64,000 nt of DNA from a virus. Positions 40,395-50,943 of the stretch are shown here, piece by piece. Position 1 is the first letter of the stretch. Every line of letters begins with the position of its first letter. The position numbers and the translations under genes are program-made. The notes under the pieces were generated by a model. The model saw only the letters and a list, made by a program, of their open reading frames with translations. It ran no database searches and was not told the origin of the DNA. Location of the stretch: the IMG/VR virus record IMGVR_UViG_3300042563_002443. One strand, 5' to 3'.

Positions 40395-42842
40395 ATGGCA
40401 GAAAGAATAGTTTCAGCAGGCGTATTTACAAATGAAGTAGATCAATCGTTTTTAGCTGGCGGCATTGCACAAATCGGTGCAGCAATTGTAGGACCAACAG
40501 TAAAAGGTCCTGCACTAATTCCTACACAAATAACTTCGTTCGGCGATTTTACGGCAATATTTGGATCATATACAGATGATTCATATGTACCATTCGTTGT
40601 ACAAGACTATTTGAAGAATGGAAATGTAATTACAGTAACAAGATTATTGTATGAAGATGGGTATACATTAGCTGCTGGAGCCTTAGCAATTATTGCTAAA
40701 TCAGGTTCGGGTGCCGGAGCGGTACAAGTTGTAACTCATGTGCTTCATCCAACCAATCCGGTTGCATATGTTGCAACAAATTTATTTGAAAAATCGGTAT
40801 TAAGCAATTTAGGTTCTGGTTCATTCACAATCAAAGTTTCAGGATCATATACTCCAAGCCCAGACTTTGCATCAGATGCAACGTCGGCAATTAGTTGCTC
40901 ATTAGTATCATCAACAAACAATTACATACAAAAGAAATTTGGGTCATCTCCTAAATCAGTAGATTATCCAGTATATGTGCAATATGAAAATGCTAATGCA
41001 TCTGCATTGTTTAACAACCTAGGCGATGTTACCATGGAATTAGCATCAGCATCAAGTTATGCATTTGCACAAGGATTTCAAGCAGCAGCAACACCAATGA
41101 TCACATCACAAAAAATTGGCACAACTGTTAAAAATTTATTTCAATTTTATACAATCTCACATGGCACATCAGTTAACACCGAAGTTAAAGTTGGTATTAG
41201 AAATATAAGAACTGCTGCTGAAGTTGCTGATCCAAATGGATATGGAACATTTACAATAGAAGTTCGTCGAGTAAATACTGCAAATATTCCAAATTCTCCA
41301 TATTCATCTAATGATACAGATCGCCAACCGGATATTATTGAAACATTTAACAATGTTAATTTAGATCCAAACTCATCAAAATATATTGGTCGCGTAATTG
41401 GTGATAGATATAGCACAATTGATACTGCAGGTAACTTGATTGTTAATGGAGATTATCCAAACATGTCTCGTTTCATTCGTGTAGCAGTTGATGCTGGAGT
41501 ATCTAATGCAACTAATGCAAAAACATTGGTACCATTTGGATTCCGTGCAATGAATGCACCAATTCCATTAATGTCTGGGTCATTGAATTTGAATGCAACA
41601 TCATATGCAACATCACAAGTACCTTCATCATCATCATATTACTCAAACAATTATTTTGGATTTGATTTTACCAATTTAAACAATTTAAATTATTTAGCTC
41701 CACTTCCAACAACAGGAGCAAATACAGGAAGCAATTCTGATTTCTATCTTGGAAATGTATCACAAAATGCTGAAGCAGCTTTCCCAACAGCAACACCATA
41801 TTCAGGGTCATTAGAAACTGCATTGACTGCTGGAACATTTACAACAAATGTTGCATTATCAACACGTAAATTTATTGTTGGATTCCAAGGAGGTTTTGAT
41901 GGCACTCGTCCAAACTTAGCTAAATTTTCCGGCGAAGATATTACAGCGGCAAATACATTTGGATTTGATTGCTCCGGGACTGGTACAAGTGGAACAACAT
42001 CATATAATAAAGCATTTGCATTGTTAGCAAACACTGATTATTATGATATGAACATGTTAATTACACCGGGTATTATTGACAGTCTGCACAGTGTAATAAC
42101 AAGTGCAGCACGCAATTTGTGTGAAACTCGTCAAGATACATTTTATGTGATGGATTCAAATGAATTAACAGATTCTGTAAGTCAGGTTGTCAGTCAAGCA
42201 ACAACTTTAGATAGCAATTATACTTCAACTTATTGGCCTTGGGTAAGAATTTTAAACCCAGCTAAAAATGTTCCATTATGGGTACCGCCATCAGTAGTAG
42301 TTCCGGGAGTATTGGCATTTAATGATGCAGTAGCTGCACCATGGTATGCACCAGCAGGTTTAACAAGAGGTGGTTTAACAAGTGTATCTGATACGTATAT
42401 GAATTTATCACAAACAATGCGTGATTCATTGTATGAGGCCCGTGTTAATCCTATTGCGAACTTCCCTAACGAAGGACAAGTGATTTGGGGTCAAAAGACT
42501 TTACAGGCTCGACCAAGTGCATTAGACCGCGTAAATGTACGTCGATTATTGATCACAGTTAAGAAATTTATTGCTTCTTCAACTCGTTATTTGGTATTTG
42601 AACAAAACACAGATGCAACTAGATTAAGATTCTTGAGCATAGTTAATCCATATTTAGATCAAGTAAAAGCTAAACAAGGTATTTACCAATTTAAAGTGAT
42701 TATGGATCAATCAAATAACACAGCAGATATGATTGACCAAAATATTTTATACGGACAAATACTTATTCAACCGACTCGTACGGCTGAATTTATTATTTTA
42801 GATTTCAATATTCAACCAACTGGAGCAAGTTTCCCGGAATAG
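40395..42842 (+). CDS. Tail sheath protein (gp18-like)
   Basis: SAGVFTNEVDQS; YWPW, VPPS, WYAPAG, NPI, WGQKT, RVNVRRL, PTRTAEFI. Confidence 0.95.
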   Translation: MAERIVSAGVFTNEVDQSFLAGGIAQIGAAIVGPTVKGPALIPTQITSFGDFTAIFGSYTDDSYVPFVVQDYLKNGNVITVTRLLYEDGYTLAAGALAIIAKSGSGAGAVQVVTHVLHPTNPVAYVATNLFEKSVLSNLGSGSFTIKVSGSYTPSPDFASDATSAISCSLVSSTNNYIQKKFGSSPKSVDYPVYVQYENANASALFNNLGDVTMELASASSYAFAQGFQAAATPMITSQKIGTTVKNLFQFYTISHGTSVNTEVKVGIRNIRTAAEVADPNGYGTFTIEVRRVNTANIPNSPYSSNDTDRQPDIIETFNNVNLDPNSSKYIGRVIGDRYSTIDTAGNLIVNGDYPNMSRFIRVAVDAGVSNATNAKTLVPFGFRAMNAPIPLMSGSLNLNATSYATSQVPSSSSYYSNNYFGFDFTNLNNLNYLAPLPTTGANTGSNSDFYLGNVSQNAEAAFPTATPYSGSLETALTAGTFTTNVALSTRKFIVGFQGGFDGTRPNLAKFSGEDITAANTFGFDCSGTGTSGTTSYNKAFALLANTDYYDMNMLITPGIIDSLHSVITSAARNLCETRQDTFYVMDSNELTDSVSQVVSQATTLDSNYTSTYWPWVRILNPAKNVPLWVPPSVVVPGVLAFNDAVAAPWYAPAGLTRGGLTSVSDTYMNLSQTMRDSLYEARVNPIANFPNEGQVIWGQKTLQARPSALDRVNVRRLLITVKKFIASSTRYLVFEQNTDATRLRFLSIVNPYLDQVKAKQGIYQFKVIMDQSNNTADMIDQNILYGQILIQPTRTAEFIILDFNIQPTGASFPE

Positions 42843-42861
42843 TAGAATAAACATTTAAAAG

Positions 42862-42890
42862 AAAGGTAGGACTTAGGTTCTACCTTTTTT
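42862..42890 (+). terminator. Rho-independent terminator after the sheath gene
   Basis: AAAGGTAGGAC-TTAG-GTTCTACCTTTTTT. Confidence 0.8.
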
Positions 42891-42931
42891 ACTTTACTTA
42901 TATTTATATAAAACAAATAAGGAAGAAAAAA

Positions 42932-43447
42932 ATGCCATTAACGCCAACATTACCAGATATTAGTCAAAGTGATTTATTCACTAGTGCATTTTCGTGGGAA
43001 CCAAAATATGCTAACCGATTTATCATGCAACTTGCAGGAACAAATATACCAGCATACTTAATTAAGGCAGCAGCACGACCTACAATTACTAACGGTGAAA
43101 TTGTTTTAGATCATATCAATATTGACCGAAAAGTTAAAGGCAAGTCTCGTTGGAGTGATTTAGCAATTACATTGTATGATCCAATTACAAGTGAAGGCGC
43201 ACAAGCAGTAATGGAATGGGTACGTTTACATCACGAATCATTAACAGGTCGCGACGGATATTCATCTGATTACAAACGTGACATTGAATTTTATGCTTTG
43301 TCTGCAATGGGCGAAAAAATTGAAAACTGGACATTAAAAGGAACATTTATTTCAGATGCAAATTTTGGACAAATGGATTGGGGAACAGAAGAAGCAATGA
43401 CAATTGAATTAACATTGAAATTTGATTACGCAATACATCAATATTAA
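42932..43447 (+). CDS. Tail tube protein (gp19-like)
   Basis: EPKYANRF, ITLYDPI, WTLKG, LTLKFD; follows the sheath gene. Confidence 0.85.
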   Translation: MPLTPTLPDISQSDLFTSAFSWEPKYANRFIMQLAGTNIPAYLIKAAARPTITNGEIVLDHINIDRKVKGKSRWSDLAITLYDPITSEGAQAVMEWVRLHHESLTGRDGYSSDYKRDIEFYALSAMGEKIENWTLKGTFISDANFGQMDWGTEEAMTIELTLKFDYAIHQY

Positions 43448-43469
43448 TCTATAAAATAGTAGAATCATT

Positions 43470-43496
43470 AATGGGGGCAAATTGCTCCCATTTTTT
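43470..43496 (+). terminator. Rho-independent terminator after the tube gene
   Basis: ATGGGGGCAA/TTGCTCCCAT followed by a T-tract. Confidence 0.78.
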
Positions 43497-43535
43497 GTGT
43501 TCTATATATTTATAATAAAGTTATAAAGGATAAAC

Positions 43536-44297
43536 ATGGCAGGAATGACAGATAGAGTTTCAGATCAAACAATAATTCAACTAGCAAAACAGCAGTACGA
43601 ATCACAAAAACAACAAAGTATGCCTTCGGAAATATTTCCATTGGTAAGCAACGGTATGGTATATCCAAAAGATCATCCATTGCGTTCCGGAAAAATTGAA
43701 ATGCGATACATGACCGCATATGATGAAGATATTTTAACTAATTCATCATATATGCGAGAAGGAGTTGTATTAGACAAATTGCTTGAAGCATTGATAGTGA
43801 CACCTGTTGATTATTCTACAATTGCTAGAATTGACAAAAACGGATTAATTATTGCAGCACGCATTGTAAGTTATGGAAAAGATTACAATGTTATTGTAAA
43901 AGATCCGAAATCGTTAGTAGAATTAGAACGAGTTGTTGATTTAACTAAATTAAAAAATTCAACGTTTGAATTACAATCTGACGACATTGGTGAATTTGAT
44001 TACGTTTTAGAAGATAAAACTCAATTAAAATTTAAATTTTTATTAAATAGTGATTCTGAAGACTTAAAAATTTCAGAATTTTTAGAGCGAACAATTACAC
44101 AAATTAACACATCTAGAAAACTTGAAGACATACAAGATTTTATTCGTTATAAATTTATGGCACGTGAATCAAAACTATTTAGAACATACATCATAAAACA
44201 TACACCTAGTGTATTAATGGACTATGAATTTGAAGGTGAAGACGGGAGCACCTTCAACTCCGGGTTTCCGTTTGGAGCAGACTTTTTTTGGTTTTAA
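43536..44297 (+). CDS. Tail/baseplate assembly chaperone (gp26-like)
   Basis: LVSNGMVYP, MTAYDEDIL, ARIVSYGKDY, terminal GADFFW; sits between tube and tape measure. Confidence 0.7.
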   Translation: MAGMTDRVSDQTIIQLAKQQYESQKQQSMPSEIFPLVSNGMVYPKDHPLRSGKIEMRYMTAYDEDILTNSSYMREGVVLDKLLEALIVTPVDYSTIARIDKNGLIIAARIVSYGKDYNVIVKDPKSLVELERVVDLTKLKNSTFELQSDDIGEFDYVLEDKTQLKFKFLLNSDSEDLKISEFLERTITQINTSRKLEDIQDFIRYKFMARESKLFRTYIIKHTPSVLMDYEFEGEDGSTFNSGFPFGADFFWF

Positions 44298-44520
44298 ACC
44301 AGAAGACCGCGTACAATTGCATTCTAGCCTGTTTGATTTAATATGGTTTGGAGCCGGTCGTTGGGATTGGCAAACATTGTATACGATGCCGGTACATATT
44401 CGAAGATTCTGGATTAGCAAAATCAATAAAATGCAGGATGAAAAAGCCGCAGCTATTGAACAACAAAAATCTAAAGCATCAATGAAGAAAAAGCCTACGA
44501 TAGTAAAATCTCCACTGTAA
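44284..44520 (+). CDS. Frameshift extension of the tail chaperone (gpT/gp51-like)
   Basis: The +1 frame is open across the T7 run 44283-44289; contains a LYTMPVHIRRFW motif typical of chaperone extensions. Confidence 0.6.
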   Translation, partial: FFGFKPEDRVQLHSSLFDLIWFGAGRWDWQTLYTMPVHIRRFWISKINKMQDEKAAAIEQQKSKASMKKKPTIVKSPL

Positions 44521-44541
44521 ATATTTATATTAAATAGGATA

Positions 44542-46233
44542 TTGTCGATGCTAGATACTAATGAAATTCAACTAATCAAACGTTTGAAATCTAAACCTAG
44601 ACTAGGCATGGCCGCAGCTGCCGATCCACTTGGTGAAGTCACTAAAGCATTAACCGCTGTATTTTCAGCATATAAAGATCAAGGCGGCGAAGTAATTCGT
44701 CAAAACGTTTTTGGTATTTTAGCTGGACAAGTACAAACATTAAATAACAATTTAAATGTTCTAGAGCAACTTAATTTAACAGTACAATCCGGATTTAATA
44801 AAAGTACAAAAAATGCAGCTGCATTTGGAGTACAATTAGATGCAGTTGCAAAAAGTGCAGGAGTCAATGCAACTAAGTTCAAACAATATGCCGGAGAACT
44901 TAGAACAGTGTTTGCAGGCCAAACCAAATTTTACAAAGATAATGGAAAGTTTTCACAACAACTCGCAAAACAATCAGATGTTATACGAAATCAATTAGGA
45001 GTATCTGAAGAAGCATATCGTAACTTTGTTAAATATCAAGGTACAGCGTTTGGCAGATCAAAAGATGCAGCTCAGTTAGCAACCAATTTTGAAAGCGTAA
45101 ATAGAGAATTAGGCAATGTTGCTGAATCTGTAGCAGGATTTTATGAAGGCGGATTAACGGATATTATTGAAGGGATGGGAACTTTAGGTCAAGCAACTTT
45201 AGCAACGTTTGGACGTATGCCTAAAGAATTAGGATTAGCTATACTCAAATCAAAATCTTTGGGACTTGAACTAGAAAAAATTACTGGAATTGGTAAAGGA
45301 TTTTTAGATATAGAACAATCAATTGCAGCTGAAATTGAATTTCAAATTTTATCAGGTGAAGAATTATTAACACAAGATGGTAAAAGTTTAACTGCTGAAT
45401 TTCAAAAGGCTGCATTTGCACAAGATGCAAATAAACAAGCAGATTTATTGGTTGGATTCATTGAAAAATTTGGAGAAAAACTAAAAGACAATGTCCCCTT
45501 GCAAGAACAAGCGGCATCCATGTTAGGTCTTACCGCTGATGATTTATTTGGTGCAATCAATCAATATAATGCCGCCGGCGCCATTAGTCAAGATATTTTC
45601 AAAACACAAACGGCGGATATTAAGGATCAAGGAAAAACATTTTCGCAAATTGCGGCTGAAGAAGACAAACGAACCAATGAAACAGTATTATCAGATGATG
45701 CCACAAAAACCTATATAGAAACCTTAGGCAATTATACAAATAAAGTAACAGGACTCCAAAAAGCAACAGCAGATTTAAATAAAACAGTATTAGACGGAGC
45801 CGCAGATATTGGAGAATCATTAGCAACTAATCCAGTTGTTAAAACGGCGTACGCCGGCGCCCAATCATTGAAAACAGGCAAGGATGTAGTCAATACAATA
45901 AAAACAGGAACTGGTGACAATACAGCTTTACAAGTAGGTCAAACGATTGTTAAAGATGTTTTTATTCCTGCAGGAGGCAACAATGTTATTACCGGCCCAC
46001 TTGGATCATTTTCATTGGATCCTAAAGATGATATAATTGCAATGCCAAATGCTAGAGAAGCCTTAGCAAATCAGGGTTCTACTACACCAAATAATACAAC
46101 ACAAGGCGGAACAGATACAGCAGCATTAGTTGCCGCATTACAAGGAATGAGTTTTCACGTAACAAATACATTTGATGGAGATAAAATACAATCTCAATTA
46201 ACAATACGACAAGGTCAACGACTTAATGCTTAA
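44542..46233 (+). CDS. Tape measure-like protein
   Basis: Helical, A/Q/G-rich; follows the chaperone. Start uncertain (44542 TTG, 44548 ATG or 44608 ATG). Confidence 0.65.
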   Translation: MSMLDTNEIQLIKRLKSKPRLGMAAAADPLGEVTKALTAVFSAYKDQGGEVIRQNVFGILAGQVQTLNNNLNVLEQLNLTVQSGFNKSTKNAAAFGVQLDAVAKSAGVNATKFKQYAGELRTVFAGQTKFYKDNGKFSQQLAKQSDVIRNQLGVSEEAYRNFVKYQGTAFGRSKDAAQLATNFESVNRELGNVAESVAGFYEGGLTDIIEGMGTLGQATLATFGRMPKELGLAILKSKSLGLELEKITGIGKGFLDIEQSIAAEIEFQILSGEELLTQDGKSLTAEFQKAAFAQDANKQADLLVGFIEKFGEKLKDNVPLQEQAASMLGLTADDLFGAINQYNAAGAISQDIFKTQTADIKDQGKTFSQIAAEEDKRTNETVLSDDATKTYIETLGNYTNKVTGLQKATADLNKTVLDGAADIGESLATNPVVKTAYAGAQSLKTGKDVVNTIKTGTGDNTALQVGQTIVKDVFIPAGGNNVITGPLGSFSLDPKDDIIAMPNAREALANQGSTTPNNTTQGGTDTAALVAALQGMSFHVTNTFDGDKIQSQLTIRQGQRLNA

Positions 46234-46244
46234 CAAGGAAAACT

Positions 46245-47921
46245 ATGCCATATTCATATAACGCGCCGTACGGCTTTACATTGTTTTCATTAGGTGGATC
46301 TGGAAATTATGCAACACCAAACACTGTATACTTGCAAGATAGTATAGGTTTAGGATCAACAACCTCCGGAACAGCATTACATCCAATACAAGCAGAAAAA
46401 CCCATAATTGCAGGCAACACTGCAGCATATGACAAAAAAAAAAATATAAAAACTGTATATGCTAATTTTGACAATGACTCTGCCAACCCAAGCGGATACA
46501 CATATCCAAATCGAATAGATATTATTGGCAATATAGGAAACGTTGCCCCAGGAGCTATATTTGCAAATGTTGCTAAAAACGCAATACTTGGAGCTGCATC
46601 CGGCCTTGGAAATCCTATAACTCAGCAATTTGTTCAACCAGCAGTATCTTCTTTATTCAAAATAAAAACATTGGATGGTATTTTAGATGATCGCAGTGAA
46701 AACATGGGACAGCCATATTCAATAATGCCATTTACTAGACTAGAACAAATTGCAAAATGGCCAGGCAAATACAAAGATTTTAGATCCTTTAAAGGATATA
46801 CGTTTAATGTTAACACTGTTAGATTAGATGGAGCGTCTGCTGCAACTCGAGGAGTTGCAAATAAAGATGCTAAAGGGAGCATAATTGGAGCTGCGTATGC
46901 AGCTGCTTCAGTATTACCAGGTGGAGCTTATCAAGTATTTAATATTGAATCCATATATGGTTGGGGAAACCATGGCGAACCAAACGCAGCACATCGAGAT
47001 TTTACATCAAGAAGTCATGTTGCAACAAGATGGAAAGTAGAAATTGGATTAGATGAAGTTACAGGCAAACCTAAAAAAGGAAGCTGGGCACCTACAAATA
47101 ATCCTATAGAAAAGGCAACGGAATTCCGCGGAGATAAAATTACTGTTATTGATTATAGTCAAAGAAAATTATCTCAGGCATATCAATGGAAATCTCCATT
47201 ATTCCCAGGAGCTGAAAAATGGAATAAATTTGTAGCTGCAACTGATTTAACTAGAGATTTTATCAAGTTTTATTTTACAGGACCAAAATTACAAAACGGA
47301 GTGGATGAAATTGATGATATAATTGTATTTCGTGCAATTATTGATTCATTTACTGATACACATTCACCAAGTTGGTCATCAGTTCCCATGATTGGTCGAG
47401 CGGATCCTAATTATACATATACTGGTTATTCACGTGAAGTAAATATATCATTTACTGTATTTGCAACTAGCCGTGATGAAATGAAACCTATATATCGAAA
47501 ATTAAATGCATTGGCATCATATACAGCACCAGAATATGGTACCGGGACAATTGCAATGAAATCACCATGGATGCGTATGACAATTGGAGACTTATTAGTT
47601 CAACAACCTGTACTTATAAATTCATTGTCATATACATTTGCAGATGGAGATACAACTTGGGAGATCAACATTGAAGATGATCCTACAATGATGCAAGCTC
47701 CACACAAAATTTCAGTGTCATTAGGATTAAATGTAATTACAGATTATCTTCCTGAGAAAAAAGGCAAAATGTATACATTAGCTAAACAATTCAATTCCGA
47801 AGCAACACCAATTGAAGGTGGAAATAATTGGTTAAGTGATTTTGGAACAACTGCAATGAGCGATGAACTTTTAAGACAAGCAGCAAATAAACAACAAGAT
47901 AACAAAACCAAAATAGAATAA
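46245..47921 (+). CDS. Baseplate / tube-initiator-like protein
   Basis: C-terminal FRA...D..SPSW....IGRADP.YTY.GYSR...PWMRMTIGD domain; synteny. Confidence 0.6.
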   Translation: MPYSYNAPYGFTLFSLGGSGNYATPNTVYLQDSIGLGSTTSGTALHPIQAEKPIIAGNTAAYDKKKNIKTVYANFDNDSANPSGYTYPNRIDIIGNIGNVAPGAIFANVAKNAILGAASGLGNPITQQFVQPAVSSLFKIKTLDGILDDRSENMGQPYSIMPFTRLEQIAKWPGKYKDFRSFKGYTFNVNTVRLDGASAATRGVANKDAKGSIIGAAYAAASVLPGGAYQVFNIESIYGWGNHGEPNAAHRDFTSRSHVATRWKVEIGLDEVTGKPKKGSWAPTNNPIEKATEFRGDKITVIDYSQRKLSQAYQWKSPLFPGAEKWNKFVAATDLTRDFIKFYFTGPKLQNGVDEIDDIIVFRAIIDSFTDTHSPSWSSVPMIGRADPNYTYTGYSREVNISFTVFATSRDEMKPIYRKLNALASYTAPEYGTGTIAMKSPWMRMTIGDLLVQQPVLINSLSYTFADGDTTWEINIEDDPTMMQAPHKISVSLGLNVITDYLPEKKGKMYTLAKQFNSEATPIEGGNNWLSDFGTTAMSDELLRQAANKQQDNKTKIE

Positions 47922-47955
47922 TGCGGTTTTTGCGTAAAAATAAAAGAAACTAATT

Positions 47956-48255
47956 ATGAATAGATACGAAACAGCATCTGCAATTAAAGACAGTAATGAA
48001 AAAAGAAAACTATCAACCATAATAACACCTACGCCAGAAGCAAATACTGCTGATGTATACATACAAACAAGATCTATAGAACGATTGGATTTATTGGCTT
48101 ATAAATTTTATAATGATCAAACACTTTGGTACATTATTGCTGCAGCAAATGGATTAGGCAAAGGATCCTTATATGTACCAGCAAATAGCAGATTGAGAAT
48201 TCCATCCAAAGATACAATACAACAACAAACTGAACAAACAAACAAAACTAGATGA
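47956..48255 (+). CDS. LysM-like baseplate protein (gp53/gpX-like)
   Basis: RLDLLAYKFYNDQTLWYIIAAAN...LRIP. Confidence 0.8.
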   Translation: MNRYETASAIKDSNEKRKLSTIITPTPEANTADVYIQTRSIERLDLLAYKFYNDQTLWYIIAAANGLGKGSLYVPANSRLRIPSKDTIQQQTEQTNKTR

Positions 48256-50294
48256 GTACAATATTTTATTCGCAAGTAAACAAATCGTTACAACAAGAAT
48301 TGATAGCGCGAGGTACAGCTGGCACGATAAATCGTACTACTGCTGCAATAGACTATATGGTTAGTAAAATAGCAAATGTTCAAATTGAAGCATATGATAC
48401 AAAGCCAACTGCCGATACAAAAGCTATGCCTGGATTCGGAACTTTAGGAGGAACAACCGTTCGTGCAGGAGCATATATGCCAAGTGGTGAAACTGGATTC
48501 TTAAATGATAAATTAAGACCTGCCAATAGGATACCACCGATTATAACTGGATTAAGTATTTCAATAAATGACCAATCTAAATCATATATCAATAAAGCAA
48601 GTGTCACCATATTAGTACCAGATGCTACAACTGATATGGATGGCAGTTATGGTATGGAAGCAATATATTGTAAACCCGGACGTTACGTTAAAATTGCTAT
48701 AATACATCCAGCAAGTGCATTGCTAACAGATGGAATCTTAGATGATGATAAATTACCATCGATTGATTTTTTAAAAACTTTATATCCAAACACAGATGTT
48801 TCAAGTTTACGAAAAATGAATGAATTGTATTTTCAAGGACGAATTACAACATTTTCATACACGTATAATTCTGACGGAACATTAGCATTAACATTTGAAT
48901 TAATTGGAACAAGCAATACATATGCAGAAGCAAAAATTTATATAGATAATAAACCAAATGCTACTGCAACAGGAACAAAAACTGAAAATCAAGTAACAAG
49001 TTTATATACTTCGCTGAGTGATGAAGTAAATGCAATCAAAAAAACATATGAGGAAAAAGGCATAAATGATTTTGAACACCTAGTAGCAAATACAACGGAC
49101 CAAAGCATATTAGTAGGAAAACCATATGTAATTGGAAATACAGACTCAATAAATACAACGCGTATGATATCATTGGGATATTTAATACAACATATTAATA
49201 CAAAAATAACAGCAGCAATAGGCGCTAGAATACATTGTGATGACGTTGTATGCAAAAGCAATTATTATGAACGATTAGTTTCAGCAAATCCATTAAGCCT
49301 GTTACTTTGGCGCGGCAAAACTGATTTGTTGCATGACACATATAAATTTGATTATCCGGAATCTGATCGTATTAAAAACTTAAGCCCAACAAATGCTGCA
49401 GCATTTAATGCATCATTACAAATGTTTCCTAATATTAAAAAAGCAGATATTAAAACAGACGGATTTTCAGTTGTATCTGCAAATTCTTCATATTCATTGC
49501 CGTCTAGAATATACATTGATTTAGAATTAATTCGAACTCTTATTAAAAAAATTGAAACTAAAAACGATCCATCAATTAACAACTTTTTAACTGAGGTATC
49601 ACGTGAAATTGCAGAAAGCACCGGCAATGCAATAATATTAGCACTAATACAGCATCCAACAATTTTTGATGCCCTAATTTATTATGATACAAATTATGTA
49701 AATGTAGAAGGTGCACCTACATTAGAATTTACATTACCAGTTTTTGCAACAAAAACAGGAGCGTCGATTGTTAGAGAGTTTTCATTAACATCAAAAGTTC
49801 CAAACAATGTTAAAACCATGGTATACGGTATTGATTCTAATAAAACAGGAACTCAACGTGTAACTACATATAATCCATATATATATGCTGATGCAGAGAC
49901 AAGAAAACAATTAGCAGACGATTGGAAAACAGAACATAAACAAGCAATACGTAAGTTAGCGGAAGCAAAAGAAAAAATTGCAAAGAAACCAGAAAGAGAT
50001 GAACAAATTATTAAAGAGTTAAAACAAGTACTAGAAAAATATGTTACATATTTTACTGATGATATTGAAAAATCAATTGGGAACAACAAATCAATCTTCC
50101 CAATGGAATTAGAATTTACAATTGATGGTATTAACGGATTTAAATTTGGAGACGTGTTAAACTTTAACGGATTACCAAAAAGATATACAGATTCATTTGT
50201 ATTTACAGTACTGGGAATGGAACATACAGTTTCTAATGAAGGAGAGTGGACAACTAGAATTAAATGCAATCCTAGGATTCGAATAAAAGAATAA
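48252..50294 (+). CDS. Baseplate hub-like protein
   Basis: C-terminal PMELEFTIDGINGFKFG...HTVS..EWTTRI; synteny. Confidence 0.6.
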   Translation: MSTIFYSQVNKSLQQELIARGTAGTINRTTAAIDYMVSKIANVQIEAYDTKPTADTKAMPGFGTLGGTTVRAGAYMPSGETGFLNDKLRPANRIPPIITGLSISINDQSKSYINKASVTILVPDATTDMDGSYGMEAIYCKPGRYVKIAIIHPASALLTDGILDDDKLPSIDFLKTLYPNTDVSSLRKMNELYFQGRITTFSYTYNSDGTLALTFELIGTSNTYAEAKIYIDNKPNATATGTKTENQVTSLYTSLSDEVNAIKKTYEEKGINDFEHLVANTTDQSILVGKPYVIGNTDSINTTRMISLGYLIQHINTKITAAIGARIHCDDVVCKSNYYERLVSANPLSLLLWRGKTDLLHDTYKFDYPESDRIKNLSPTNAAAFNASLQMFPNIKKADIKTDGFSVVSANSSYSLPSRIYIDLELIRTLIKKIETKNDPSINNFLTEVSREIAESTGNAIILALIQHPTIFDALIYYDTNYVNVEGAPTLEFTLPVFATKTGASIVREFSLTSKVPNNVKTMVYGIDSNKTGTQRVTTYNPYIYADAETRKQLADDWKTEHKQAIRKLAEAKEKIAKKPERDEQIIKELKQVLEKYVTYFTDDIEKSIGNNKSIFPMELEFTIDGINGFKFGDVLNFNGLPKRYTDSFVFTVLGMEHTVSNEGEWTTRIKCNPRIRIKE

Positions 50295-50295
50295 T

Positions 50296-50904
50296 ATGAG
50301 AAATCGTTTACATTATACACCTAACCAAATAACACTTAACTTGTATACAACTGGGTCGCAATGGATGACTGATGATGGAGTTGAGTTCATTGGGCCATAT
50401 CATACATATACTACAGGTGAAATTTTTTCAGAATCCAAATGGAATGCAAAAACATCAAAAAAATTAGTGCCATTAGTTTTACATGCAACAGACAATTATG
50501 TATATAAACAATTAAAAACGGTTCAAACTAAATTTGATAACCCACAACCTATACAACCCGTAATTACAGAACAAGACAAAGCTGTAGGATTTATTACTAG
50601 ATATTTCTTGAAAAAAACAAATGAATATGTAATTACTGAAATTGATGAACCACAATATGATAAATGGGTAATACAAGAAATTGATTCATATATGTGGACC
50701 GCTAAAAAAATTACATGGTATATAACTGGCAATTTGCATGATGCAATGCAAAATGGCGTATTAGCACCAGGTGTAATTGAAAAAAATTTTCAAGAAATAC
50801 GAAAAGCAGAAACGGAAATACCTGGAATATCATTAATATTAACAAATCCAATACAATATTATTCAGACTCTGATTTTGTAATTCCAAAAGATATCAATTC
50901 ATAA
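50296..50904 (+). CDS. Hypothetical baseplate-region protein
   Basis: NLYTTG...GPYH and GFITRYF motifs. Confidence 0.6.
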   Translation: MRNRLHYTPNQITLNLYTTGSQWMTDDGVEFIGPYHTYTTGEIFSESKWNAKTSKKLVPLVLHATDNYVYKQLKTVQTKFDNPQPIQPVITEQDKAVGFITRYFLKKTNEYVITEIDEPQYDKWVIQEIDSYMWTAKKITWYITGNLHDAMQNGVLAPGVIEKNFQEIRKAETEIPGISLILTNPIQYYSDSDFVIPKDINS

Positions 50905-50906
50905 CA

Positions 50907-50938
50907 TTGGATTCCTAAGATTTTATCATTATTATATT
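50907..50938 (+). promoter_or_regulatory. TTKGA-class promoter-like element, near-match (near-leaderless polA mRNA)
   Basis: TTGGA 50907 and TATTAT 50930-50935; ATG at 50944. Confidence 0.5.
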
Positions 50939-50943
50939 AATGT

